From Acidobacteriota bacterium (GTDB lineage Bacteria; Acidobacteriota; UBA6911; RPQK01; JADFOI01), in NCBI GenBank assembly GCA_022562935.1, contig JADFOI010000002.1, positions 10,527 through 74,526 of the forward strand: a stretch of 64,000 nt of DNA. The letters run 5' to 3'. Positions 52,503 to 61,130 of this stretch are shown here, piece by piece. Each line of letters starts with the position of its first letter. Within the stretch, counting starts at the first letter, position 1. The translations under genes and the position numbers were made by a program. Under the pieces are notes generated by a model, which saw only the letters and a list, made by a program, of their open reading frames with translations, was not told the DNA's origin and searched no databases.

Positions 52503-53519
52503 CTAGGATGAGGGCCGTGACCCGGTGATTTGTTCTTCCACCACGTGGCACCAGACCTTGTGTCCCTCCACGTCCAGTTCCCGCGGTTCCACCTTCTTGC
52601 AGATATCGATGGCCAGGGGACAGCGGGTGTGAAAGCGGCATCCCGAAGGGGGATTCAGTGGGGAGGGCACATCGCCAGGCAATAGGGTCCGCTGCTTCCG
52701 CCGGGTTGGATCCGGCACCGGCACGGCGGAGAGCAGAGCCTGAGTATAGGGGTGCAGTGGGTTGCGATAAAGTTCCGTGCTGTCGGCCAGTTCCACGATT
52801 TTGCCCAGATACATGACCGCCACTCGATCGCTGATGTATTCGACGACCGAGAGATCGTGAGCAATAAAGAGGTAGGCCAGGTTGTAGCGTTCCTTGAGCT
52901 CCACCAGCAGATTGATGATCTGGGACTGGATGGATACGTCCAGAGCGGACACCGGTTCGTCGCAGACGATGAACTTGGGATTCAGGACCAGTGCCCGGGC
53001 GATGCCGATGCGCTGCCTTTGTCCGCCGGAAAACTCATGAGGAAATCGGTTGACGTAGGCTGGATCCAGGCCGCACTTTTGCAGCGTGTCCCGGACCATC
53101 TCGGCCCGCTCCTTGCGGTCCCCTCGACCGTGAATGGCCAGTGCCTCCCCGATGATAGCACCCACCGTCATCCGCGGATTGAGGGAGCTGAAGGGATCCT
53201 GGAAAATGATCTGCATGTCCTGTCGCATGGCCCGCAGTTCAGCGGCAGGCAGGTGGCTCAGATCCTTTCCCTGAAAGAGCACTCTTCCCTCTGTGGGAGT
53301 GATCAGGCGTAGAACAGAGTGGCCGACGGTGGTTTTACCGCAGCCGCTTTCCCCCACCAACCCCAGGGTTTCACCCGCCTTGATTTCAAAGGAAATATCA
53401 TCGACGGCTTTAACATAAGCAGCCACGCGGGAGAGGAGTCCCTGGCGAACGGGGAAGTAGTTCTTGAGGTGTTCCACTCGTAAAAGGACTTCGCTGTTTT
53501 TGCTTGCCTCTGTGCTCAA
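52503..53519 (-). CDS. Oligopeptide/dipeptide ABC transporter ATP-binding protein (OppF/DppF type)
   Basis: It has Walker [10 protein letters not shown], signature FSGGQRQR, Walker [13 protein letters not shown] and the C-terminal oligopeptide-ATPase extension (CRFHTRCP). I prefer the in-frame TTG at 53519, which forms TTGA with the oppD stop. The ATG at 53576 would overlap oppD by 61 nt. Confidence 0.85.
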   Translation of the reverse strand: MSTEASKNSEVLLRVEHLKNYFPVRQGLLSRVAAYVKAVDDISFEIKAGETLGLVGESGCGKTTVGHSVLRLITPTEGRVLFQGKDLSHLPAAELRAMRQDMQIIFQDPFSSLNPRMTVGAIIGEALAIHGRGDRKERAEMVRDTLQKCGLDPAYVNRFPHEFSGGQRQRIGIARALVLNPKFIVCDEPVSALDVSIQSQIINLLVELKERYNLAYLFIAHDLSVVEYISDRVAVMYLGKIVELADSTELYRNPLHPYTQALLSAVPVPDPTRRKQRTLLPGDVPSPLNPPSGCRFHTRCPLAIDICKKVEPRELDVEGHKVWCHVVEEQITGSRPSS

Positions 53520-54568
53520 CGATCTGCTCCCTTCATGGGGGATTTTCCATTTTCGATGAAGTGGCAGGCTGCCCAATGTCCCGGCTTGACCTCACGCAGC
53601 AGCGGCTCCTCTTGCTTGCATCGCTGCTCGGCAACCGGACAGCGGGGATGGAACCTGCACCCGGTGGGAAAGTGAAGAGGATTGGGAACCTGGCCGGGGA
53701 TGACGTTCAGCTTCTGCTCCCTGGGCATGCCCAGAGTAGGAACCGAGGTCAACAGGCCGTGGGTGTAGGGGTGAAGGGGGGAAGCGAAGAGCTCGGCGGT
53801 GCTGGTGTGCTCGACGACCTTTGAGGCATACATCACGGCGACCTGGTCTGAAACCTCCGCCACCAATCCCAGGTTGTGGGTGATCAGCAGAATCGACATC
53901 TGGAAGTCGCTTTGCAGCTCGGCCAGAAGCTCCATAATCTGGGCCTGGATGGTCACATCCAGCGCGGTGGTGGGTTCATCGGCAATCAACACCTCAGGAT
54001 TACAGGCTAAAGCCATGGCGATCATGACTCTCTGACGCATACCTCCGGACATCTGATGGGGGTATTCGTCGACTCGAGTCTCGGCGGCCGAGATCTTCAC
54101 CCTGCGGATCATGGCGATGGTCCGGTCACGCGCTTCCTTCCGGGAGACGTCCTGATGAACACGGATTGCCTCCATGATTTGATTGCCTATGGTGAACACC
54201 GGATTGAGGGAGGTCATGGGCTCCTGAAAGATCATCGAGATGCGGTTGCCCCGCACTTCACGCATCTCCGGCTCCGAGCATTGAAGAAGATCCAGGCCGT
54301 CCAACAGGATTTCGCCTTCCACAATCTTGCCGGGGGAGGCGATAAGACGCATGACCGACAGGGCAGAAACGGACTTCCCGCATCCACTCTCGCCCACCAG
54401 ACCCAGAGTTTCACCCTTGGCCAGCCCGTAACTGAGACCGTCCACGGCCCGGACCACACCGTCCTCGGTGTAGAAATAGGTCTTGAGGTTACGGACTTCC
54501 AGGTGAGGGGAGCCCGCGTTTTGGACCTGGGTCATGGATACGGTTCCGGCAGATTCCTTCACGTGCAT
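53516..54568 (-). CDS. Oligopeptide/dipeptide ABC transporter ATP-binding protein (OppD/DppD type)
   Basis: It has [10 protein letters not shown], Walker [10 protein letters not shown], signature MSGGMRQR, Walker [13 protein letters not shown] and CRFHPRCP. An alternative start is M12 at 54535. Confidence 0.88.
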   Translation of the reverse strand: MHVKESAGTVSMTQVQNAGSPHLEVRNLKTYFYTEDGVVRAVDGLSYGLAKGETLGLVGESGCGKSVSALSVMRLIASPGKIVEGEILLDGLDLLQCSEPEMREVRGNRISMIFQEPMTSLNPVFTIGNQIMEAIRVHQDVSRKEARDRTIAMIRRVKISAAETRVDEYPHQMSGGMRQRVMIAMALACNPEVLIADEPTTALDVTIQAQIMELLAELQSDFQMSILLITHNLGLVAEVSDQVAVMYASKVVEHTSTAELFASPLHPYTHGLLTSVPTLGMPREQKLNVIPGQVPNPLHFPTGCRFHPRCPVAEQRCKQEEPLLREVKPGHWAACHFIENGKSPMKGADR

Positions 54569-54575
54569 AGTGCTT

Positions 54576-54628
54576 AGTGCCTCGCAGCCTCATCAGCAAA
54601 CGTCATCGTCTTTAAGGAGCGAGGCACT
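54576..54628 (-). repeat. Stop-codon-adjacent hairpin repeat, copy 3 (oppC-oppD spacer)
   Basis: The stem AGTGCCTCGC / GCGAGGCACT encloses the loop AGCCTCATCAGCAAACGTCATCGTCTTTAAGGA, which shares the core CATCAGCAAACGTCATCGT with copies 1 and 2. On the mRNA strand the stem starts immediately after the oppC TAA stop (54631..54629). Confidence 0.7.
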
Positions 54629-55783
54629 TTACTCCCTGAGCCGCGGGTCCAGGGCGTCTCGCAGACCGTCGCCCAACAGGTTGTACCCCACCACGGTGAC
54701 CACGATCGCCATTCCTGCGGCCAAAGGCATCCACCACTCGGTGAACAGATTTCCCTTGGTATCGTACACGATATTTCCCCAACTGGGAGTTGGAGGTTGC
54801 ACTCCCAGTCCCAGATAACTCAGTGATGCCTCCAGCAGGATGGTATTCCCGACTCGCAGCGTAGCCGACACGATGATGGGTGTCAGCGAATTGGGCAGCA
54901 GATGTCGGAAGATCAACCGTCCCGTTCCTGCCCCCAGGGCCTTCGCCGCCTGGAAGAATTCACGCTCCTTGAGTGCCATAAACTGCCCGCGCACCAGTCG
55001 CGCCACGCCCATCCAGGACATGAGCCCAATGAGGGTGATGATGATCCAGATGGACTGATTGCGCCACAGGGCAATCACCGTAATGATCAGAATGAGGCTG
55101 GGAAAGGAAAGCATCATGTCCACAAAGCGCATGATCACGCTGTCCACCCAACCGCCGTAGTATCCAGCCACCGCTCCGACGGCGGTCCCCAGGGTCACCG
55201 CCAGACCCATGGCCAGGAAGCCCACCAGCAGGGAAATCCGCGAGCCATAAACGATACGGCTGAAAACGTCGCGAGCAAACCGATCGGTCCCCAGCAGGTG
55301 TTCAGCGGAAGGGAGAAGCAATCGCTCCTGCACCCGGTCTCCCTGTTCGACCGGATCATAGGGTGCGAGAAAGGGGCAAAGAAAGGCAACCAGATAGAGT
55401 GCCAGAATGATGAGGGCCCCCACCACAGCCAGCCGGTTCTTTAGGAATTGCCGTTTGACGATAGACCACTGTCCCTCCGGCAACTGGGCAAGGCTGCGGG
55501 TTTTCTGTATCTGTCGGCAGGAAATGCCCGAGTAGAGCCCCATGGCCACCAGCATTCCCAGGACAAAGAGGGTGCTGACCAGAAAATCCAGGTCTCGCAG
55601 GGTGTAGAGGACGCTTGCTCCGGAGAGCTTCTGGACGGTGTGGGCCAGCGATTCCCATAGAGTGCCCGCGTGCCACCCGGCAATGCCAAGGAACAGGCCG
55701 AACAATCCCAGAATCATTGCCCCTTTAACAGGTTGGCCCGAACGCCAATGACCCCATCCTGGAATCCAGTAAGAGAGTGGCAT
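54629..55783 (-). CDS. Oligopeptide/dipeptide ABC transporter permease (OppC/DppC type) with ~100-aa N-terminal extension
   Basis: 384 aa. The C-terminal ~280 aa form a typical binding-protein-dependent permease (EAAKALGAG-type loop: FQAAKALGAGTGRLIFRHLLPN). Extra N-terminal TM segments are present. Confidence 0.85.
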   Translation of the reverse strand: MPLSYWIPGWGHWRSGQPVKGAMILGLFGLFLGIAGWHAGTLWESLAHTVQKLSGASVLYTLRDLDFLVSTLFVLGMLVAMGLYSGISCRQIQKTRSLAQLPEGQWSIVKRQFLKNRLAVVGALIILALYLVAFLCPFLAPYDPVEQGDRVQERLLLPSAEHLLGTDRFARDVFSRIVYGSRISLLVGFLAMGLAVTLGTAVGAVAGYYGGWVDSVIMRFVDMMLSFPSLILIITVIALWRNQSIWIIITLIGLMSWMGVARLVRGQFMALKEREFFQAAKALGAGTGRLIFRHLLPNSLTPIIVSATLRVGNTILLEASLSYLGLGVQPPTPSWGNIVYDTKGNLFTEWWMPLAAGMAIVVTVVGYNLLGDGLRDALDPRLRE

Positions 55784-55785
55784 GA

Positions 55786-56766
55786 TCAGGAAAGCCTCAC
55801 TCGTGGATCCACAATGGCATACAAAATGTCTGCCACCAGATTGCCCACTACCACCATGACGCCGAAGATCAGGTTGACGGCCAGAAACATCGAATAGTCA
55901 CGCTGAAATGCCGCATCCACCGCCACACGTCCCATCCCCGGCCAACCAAACACCTGCTCCACGATCACCGCTCCGCTGAAGAGAAAAGGCAAACTCAACC
56001 CCATGATGGTGATGATGGGCATCAAGGCATTGCGCAGACCGTGCTTGAAAACGACCACCTTCTCGGTTAGACCTTTGGCCCGAGCCGTACGCATGTAGTC
56101 CTGGCGGATAACCTCCAGAAGCTCTCCACGCATGTAACGAGAGATCCCGGCGGCAGCGCCGATGCCCAGCGTCAAGCTGGGCAGAAAGATATGTATGGCC
56201 CGGTCCCCCAGACGTCCCAGCGTACTCATCGAGTCATGGCGCACAATATCGACCATTCCGGAAGCTGGAAACCAGTGGGTGGCAGAAACCCCTCCGGCAA
56301 AGAGAAACAACAACACCAGTCCCAGGTAAAAGGAAGGCATCGAATAAAAGGTCAATGACGTGACCCGGGTGGCGTTGTCGAAGGTCGATTGCTGTTTTAC
56401 CGCCGCCAGGATGCCGATGCCAATCCCCAAACTGAGCTCAAGGAGCAGGGCCAGGGCGGAGAGTTGAATGGTGTTGGGGAGAGCCTCCAGGATTTCGTCC
56501 TTGACGGGTCGTTTTTTTGCGATGGAGTAACCGAATTCAAATTTCAGGACGACGCCCTGGATGTACTTCAGATACTGCACACCCAGCGGTTGATCCAGCC
56601 CATAGATGCGCCGGATGTTTTCGCGGGCCTCCGGATCCATGTCGGGGTTGTAGAAGATGTCGGTGGGATCCCCCGGAGCAGCGTGGATGAGAAAGAAGTT
56701 GATGGTCAGCAGGCCAAAGAGTAAAGGGATCGAGATCAGGATACGGCGAATGATGTAGGTGTGCAT
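55786..56766 (-). CDS. Oligopeptide/dipeptide ABC transporter permease (OppB/DppB type)
   Basis: 326 aa starting MHTYIIRRILISIPLLFGLLTINFFLIHAAPGDP..., with YMRTARAKGL... Confidence 0.88.
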   Translation of the reverse strand: MHTYIIRRILISIPLLFGLLTINFFLIHAAPGDPTDIFYNPDMDPEARENIRRIYGLDQPLGVQYLKYIQGVVLKFEFGYSIAKKRPVKDEILEALPNTIQLSALALLLELSLGIGIGILAAVKQQSTFDNATRVTSLTFYSMPSFYLGLVLLFLFAGGVSATHWFPASGMVDIVRHDSMSTLGRLGDRAIHIFLPSLTLGIGAAAGISRYMRGELLEVIRQDYMRTARAKGLTEKVVVFKHGLRNALMPIITIMGLSLPFLFSGAVIVEQVFGWPGMGRVAVDAAFQRDYSMFLAVNLIFGVMVVVGNLVADILYAIVDPRVRLS

Positions 56767-56782
56767 TTAAGCCGCAGTAAGA

Positions 56783-58492
56783 TCAGTACTTTTGCTTATC
56801 CTTGGGGACCCACCATTGCTCCAGGTTGTAATTCCATCCCACCGTTTCCATCTGGACATTCTGGAATCGCCTGTGCACAAAGTTAATGTCCTTGGGGCTA
56901 TAGAGAAAAGTGTAGGGCTGATCCTCAGCGATCATCTCCTGGGCCCGCCACCACATCTGCTTGGCCTTCTCCGAGTCCATCTCGAAGATGGCGGCGTCGT
57001 TGAGGCGATCAAACTCGGGGTTGGAATAGGAGACGAAGTTGAATTTATCGTTAATGGAGTCCGAATGCCAAATGGTGGTCATATCCATTTTCAGACCTAC
57101 ACTCCAACCGGCCACGGCCGCTTCGAAGTCTTTCTTGTCCATGTCTCCGATGAAGACCGTCCACTCCAGGATGTTCGGCCTCACTTCAATCCCCACTTCC
57201 TTGAACATGTCTTGCACCAAGATCAGGATGTCCTCACGGATCTGGTTGCCTTTATTCGTCTTCACTGTAAAGGAAAACCGCTGGCCGTCCTTGTCCAGCC
57301 AGCCGTCACCATCGCTGTCTTTCCACCCTTCTTCCGCCAGGTATTGCCGGGCCTTCTCCGGGTCGTAGGGGAAGTCGGGCAGATTCGGGTGATGGGCCCA
57401 GATGATGGGCAGCACAGGACCTTTGGGAATTTCACCAAACTCAAAGAGCAGGGAGTCGATGATTTCCTGGCGGTTAATGGCCATGGTCAGAGCCTGGCGA
57501 ACCTTCTTGCTCTGGAAGAGAGGATTAAGCAGGTTCCAGCCCAGGTAACTGTAGGAACGGCCAGGAGCAATGTAGGCCACCAGATTTTCCTGCCGCGCGA
57601 GTTCCTCAAAAAAGCGGGGCGGCACCCCATCCATGAAGTCGATCTCACCGCTCTTGAGCTGGAGAGCCAGGTTCTCCTGGTCAGGGACCACTTTAAAGAT
57701 GATCCGGTCCAGGGGCGGCCGACCGGCAAAGTAGTTCTCATTTGCCTCCACCTCGATATATTGCTGCGCCTTCCACACCTTGAAGCGGTAGGGACCGTTA
57801 CCCACCGGATTGCGGTTGAAATCGGTGCTGACCATCTCCTCATCAGGGACCTTTTCCAGGATGTGCTTGGGCAGGACTGCTCCCACCACCGCATCCATCA
57901 ACTGGTAGGGATAAAGCCGCTCGAAGATGAACTTGACGGTGTAATCGTCTACCACCACGCACTCCTTGATGAACTGCTTCCACTTGATCGTCGCCCAGCC
58001 GATATTGGGACTAATCTGCTTCTCGAAGGTAAACTTGACGTCGTGAGCCGTGGTCTTTACTCCATCGTGCCAGAACACATCATCCCGCAGGTGAAAAGTC
58101 AGTTCCAGATGGTCCTCTGAGAACTGCCACGACTCAGCCAGCGAGGGGGCGTGGGAGAAATCCGGATTGGTGCGGGTCAGAGATAAAAACAAGAGACCGA
58201 TAACGTTCGAGCCCGTGATGGCCGCCGAAGTGAGGTCGTTCAGGGAATCGGCGTCGCCAATGGTCCCGATGACCAGGGTGTCGCCGTTATCGTGAGGAGT
58301 GTTATAGAGTTCGTTCCACCTGGCCTCGAATTCCAGGTTGTGCTCTTCGCTTCTCCCGCGGTCCGGCCGAGCCTCCACCTCGATGACCCGTTGGGCTGAA
58401 TCGGAGGGGGAATCGCCGGGAGTGGAAGAGGGGCTGCAGGATAGGGAGGTGAAAAAAAGACCCAGCGATGTGATTCGGACGATCCTGTTCAT
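56783..58492 (-). CDS. ABC transporter substrate-binding protein, family 5 (peptide/nickel type), probable lipoprotein
   Basis: 569 aa with a signal ending FFTSLSC, a Ser/Pro-rich linker and a family-5 SBP-like body (...LAESWQFSEDHLELTFHLRDDVFWHDG...). Confidence 0.85.
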   Translation of the reverse strand: MNRIVRITSLGLFFTSLSCSPSSTPGDSPSDSAQRVIEVEARPDRGRSEEHNLEFEARWNELYNTPHDNGDTLVIGTIGDADSLNDLTSAAITGSNVIGLLFLSLTRTNPDFSHAPSLAESWQFSEDHLELTFHLRDDVFWHDGVKTTAHDVKFTFEKQISPNIGWATIKWKQFIKECVVVDDYTVKFIFERLYPYQLMDAVVGAVLPKHILEKVPDEEMVSTDFNRNPVGNGPYRFKVWKAQQYIEVEANENYFAGRPPLDRIIFKVVPDQENLALQLKSGEIDFMDGVPPRFFEELARQENLVAYIAPGRSYSYLGWNLLNPLFQSKKVRQALTMAINRQEIIDSLLFEFGEIPKGPVLPIIWAHHPNLPDFPYDPEKARQYLAEEGWKDSDGDGWLDKDGQRFSFTVKTNKGNQIREDILILVQDMFKEVGIEVRPNILEWTVFIGDMDKKDFEAAVAGWSVGLKMDMTTIWHSDSINDKFNFVSYSNPEFDRLNDAAIFEMDSEKAKQMWWRAQEMIAEDQPYTFLYSPKDINFVHRRFQNVQMETVGWNYNLEQWWVPKDKQKY

Positions 58493-58795
58493 TTATTGTC
58501 CTCCTTGTGGGGCAGAACTCCTTGATTCCCATGGGGATTCTATCTTGGAGGAGAAAAGAGCGTCAAGAAGGCCGCTTCACCGCTCGATGAGGAAAAGGCT
58601 TGTGTGCCGAAACCAGCTGTGCTACCAATGAGTGCGGTTTTCAGTCGATTGATTTTTGGAGAGGACCATGCCAGACACCCCGGATGCTCATGAGGAGCAG
58701 CAGATTCCGCCCCCACCCGTATCCCGGATGTCGTCGAATCGGACGGAGATGATCGCCCTGATTCCCGTAATCTCCGACTTTGCTGATAGATAGTA

Positions 58796-59077
58796 ATGAG
58801 ACTCTGGATGCGTCGAGTTGTAAAAGCTTCACTTCTGGTGTTGCTCCTGATTTTTCTCCAGAGTAGCTGGTCCCTTCGTGCCGAGACTGCAGCAATTCAT
58901 CTGTATCAGAGATTCGGGGCTCCGGTGATGAGTTACGTTGCCACCTGCCGTTTCACACCGACCTGCTCGAATTATGCCCTGCAGGTCCTTCAAGAGGATG
59001 GTTTTTGGAAGGGCAATCTTCGCCTGGTTCAACGCTTGATCGAGTGCTCTCCGATTGGATTTATATTCTCTTCCTGA
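58796..59077 (+). CDS. yidD: Membrane protein insertion efficiency factor YidD
   Basis: It contains ...IHLYQRFGAPVMSYVATCRFTPTCSNYALQVLQEDGFWKGNLRLVQRLIECSP (CRFxPTCSxY signature). An N-terminal hydrophobic extension is present. Confidence 0.75.
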   Translation: MRLWMRRVVKASLLVLLLIFLQSSWSLRAETAAIHLYQRFGAPVMSYVATCRFTPTCSNYALQVLQEDGFWKGNLRLVQRLIECSPIGFIFSS

Positions 59078-59098
59078 TCTGTCCGGGATAGGGCTTCT

Positions 59099-60538
59099 AT
59101 GGAACATTTTGACCTGTTTGTCATCGGTACGGGACCAGCCGGCCAAAGAGCTGCCATACAGGCAGCCAAGTTGGGCAAGAAGGTGGCCATTTGCGATCGC
59201 CGGGAGCAGGTGGGCGGGGTGTGCATCAACACGGGAACGATACCCTCCAAGACCTTTCGAGAGGCCGTTCTCTATCTAACCGGTCGGAGGCAGCGAGCCA
59301 TCTACGGCCGTTCCTATACCGTGAAAGAGGAGATCACGATGGAGGATCTTCTCTTTCGATGCCAGCACGTGATCCGGCGAGAAGTCGAAGTGATTCGTGA
59401 TCAGGTGAGCCGCAACGGAATCACGCTGCTTGGCGGAGAGGCTTCATTTGTGGATCCCCATACTCTCATCATTAAGGGTCAGGAGGAGGAGACGGAAGTC
59501 AGAGCGGACTATCTCGTCATCGCTACAGGGACGGTTCCGAGCCAGCCTGAAGGGGTGGACGTGGATCAGGAGACGGTCATCACCTCCGATATGATTATGA
59601 GCATTAAGCGGATCCCTCAAACCATGACCATTGTGGGGGCGGGCGTCATCGGTGCCGAGTATGCGTCGATTTTTGCCGCACTTGGAGTGGAGGTGACCTT
59701 GGTCGACAAGCGGCGGCAATTGCTCGAGTTTGTGGATGTCGAGATTATGGAGTCCCTCAAGTATCAGATGAGGGACATGGATTGCATCTTTCGGTTGGGC
59801 GAGGAAGTTGCCTCGGTGACGATTGAAAAACCGGGGCGGGCCGTGGCAATTTTGAAGTCGGGAAAACGAATTATCTCCGAGCTGCTCCTCTATTCCATTG
59901 GTAGAATCGGGGCAACTCCGGCCTTGAATCTGAAAGCGGCGGGGTTAACGGCCGACCAACGAGGCCGCTTGAAGGTCGATGAGAGGTACCAGACCGAGCA
60001 GCCTCATATCTTTGCAGCCGGAGATGTGATTGGGTTTCCGGCTTTGGCCTCAACCTCTATGGAGCAGGGCCGGATCGCGGCTTGTAATGCCTTTGGAGCA
60101 CAGGTGATCTCCATGCCCGATCTCTTTCCCTACGGGATCTATACCGTCCCGGAGATCTCGATGGTGGGTAAGTCAGAAAGGGAGCTGACCGAAGAGGGAA
60201 TTGCCTACGAAGTGGGTCTTGCCCGTTACCGTGAGATCGCCCGCGGTGTGATGGTGGGGGACGACTCGGGTCTCCTCAAGCTGCTGTTTCATCGGGAAAC
60301 CCGGAAAATTCTCGGTGTTCACATCATCGGGACTTCCGCAACGGAACTGATCCATATTGGGCAGGCCGTCATCGCTATGGGGGGAACCATCGATTACTTC
60401 GTCAATACCGTCTTCAACTATCCGACCTTTGCAGAGTGTTACAAGGTGGCCGCTTTGGATGGCTACAACAAGGTCGGTCCTGCAGAGGGAGAAGTTCCTC
60501 CTCCCGGGAGTGGCCTCACGGATAGAAGAGAGGACTGA
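59099..60538 (+). CDS. sthA: Soluble pyridine nucleotide transhydrogenase (SthA/UdhA-type flavoprotein disulfide-reductase family)
   Basis: 479 aa with FDLFVIGTGPAGQRAAIQAAKLGKKVAICD...VGGVCINTGTIPSKTFREA. The second redox Cys of the Lpd motif (GGTCLNVGCIPSK) is Thr, as in SthA. The last codons (RRED) lie in a repeat word (GAGGACTGAG x2). Confidence 0.75.
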   Translation: MEHFDLFVIGTGPAGQRAAIQAAKLGKKVAICDRREQVGGVCINTGTIPSKTFREAVLYLTGRRQRAIYGRSYTVKEEITMEDLLFRCQHVIRREVEVIRDQVSRNGITLLGGEASFVDPHTLIIKGQEEETEVRADYLVIATGTVPSQPEGVDVDQETVITSDMIMSIKRIPQTMTIVGAGVIGAEYASIFAALGVEVTLVDKRRQLLEFVDVEIMESLKYQMRDMDCIFRLGEEVASVTIEKPGRAVAILKSGKRIISELLLYSIGRIGATPALNLKAAGLTADQRGRLKVDERYQTEQPHIFAAGDVIGFPALASTSMEQGRIAACNAFGAQVISMPDLFPYGIYTVPEISMVGKSERELTEEGIAYEVGLARYREIARGVMVGDDSGLLKLLFHRETRKILGVHIIGTSATELIHIGQAVIAMGGTIDYFVNTVFNYPTFAECYKVAALDGYNKVGPAEGEVPPPGSGLTDRRED

Positions 60539-60586
60539 GTGATGAGGACTGAGCACAGACGGCAGACCGCTGACTCCGGTCAGCGG

Positions 60587-60668
60587 AAATTCAAAATCCC
60601 AAATTCCAAACAAATCCCAAATCCCAAATTCTAAACTTGAAACCTGGAACGACAGCACGACAGCACGA
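60587..60668. repeat. Short-period tandem arrays (CAAATYC-type, then CAGCACGA x2)
   Basis: AAATTCAAAATCCCAAATTCCAAACAAATCCCAAATCCCAAATTCTAAAC is followed by TTGAAACCTGGAAC and then GACAGCACGACAGCACGA. Upstream, at 60530..60575, the words GAGGACTGAG, ACTGAGCAC and GGCAGACCGCTGAC also occur at 31400..31500. Confidence 0.75.
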
Positions 60669-60701
60669 AAGCGCGCTACGAGGAAATGTTACCATAGAAC
60701 C

Positions 60702-61070
60702 ATGGTCAATGCTTCTGAAAAAGCCAGGGCCAGGATGGGCTCCGAGCGAGGTCTCGGCTTTATTTCCGTTATCGTGACCCTGTTGATCATCGGGGCCCTC
60801 TACTACGGCTATCTCGGCCAGGGCGGCATGAACGAGCAACTCACCCGGGGCGGTGTTGTCAAGACGGCCGGACAAGCCATTGCCTGCCAAATGAACCGTC
60901 AGGCTATCGAACGAGGCATCATGACCTGGACCATGAGCCATCCGGGCAAACAGCCCACCCTGAAGGATCTGGAAAGAGACGGGATTTCCATCAATCGTTG
61001 CCCGGAAGGTGGTCGCTTCAAGGTGGAGGGGAAAAAGGTCTCCTGTTCACTCCACTCCGATTCCGGTTGA
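60702..61070 (+). CDS. Hypothetical small membrane-anchored protein (pilin-like hydrophobic N-terminus, Cys-containing C-terminus)
   Basis: 122 aa with ...ERGLGFISVIVTLLIIGALYYGY, then a soluble region with C..C....C (CQMN..., CPEGGRFKVEGKKVSC). It lacks the Glu5 of true type IV pilins. Confidence 0.4.
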   Translation: MVNASEKARARMGSERGLGFISVIVTLLIIGALYYGYLGQGGMNEQLTRGGVVKTAGQAIACQMNRQAIERGIMTWTMSHPGKQPTLKDLERDGISINRCPEGGRFKVEGKKVSCSLHSDSG

Positions 61071-61130
61071 CGCGGCCAGATCCGCTGCCGCAGTAGATTG
61101 GGTATGAGAAAAGCGGGCTCGCCCGCTAAC

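Noticed and set aside
56792-58120. 442-aa plus-strand ORF
   Set aside because: It is antisense to the family-5 substrate-binding protein gene and is a shadow ORF.
60702-61070. Calling the 122-aa protein a type IV pilin or pseudopilin
   Set aside because: The G|F-hydrophobic N-terminus resembles a prepilin leader. However, the conserved Glu at +5 is Val, and no pilus or T2SS genes are nearby. It is left as hypothetical.
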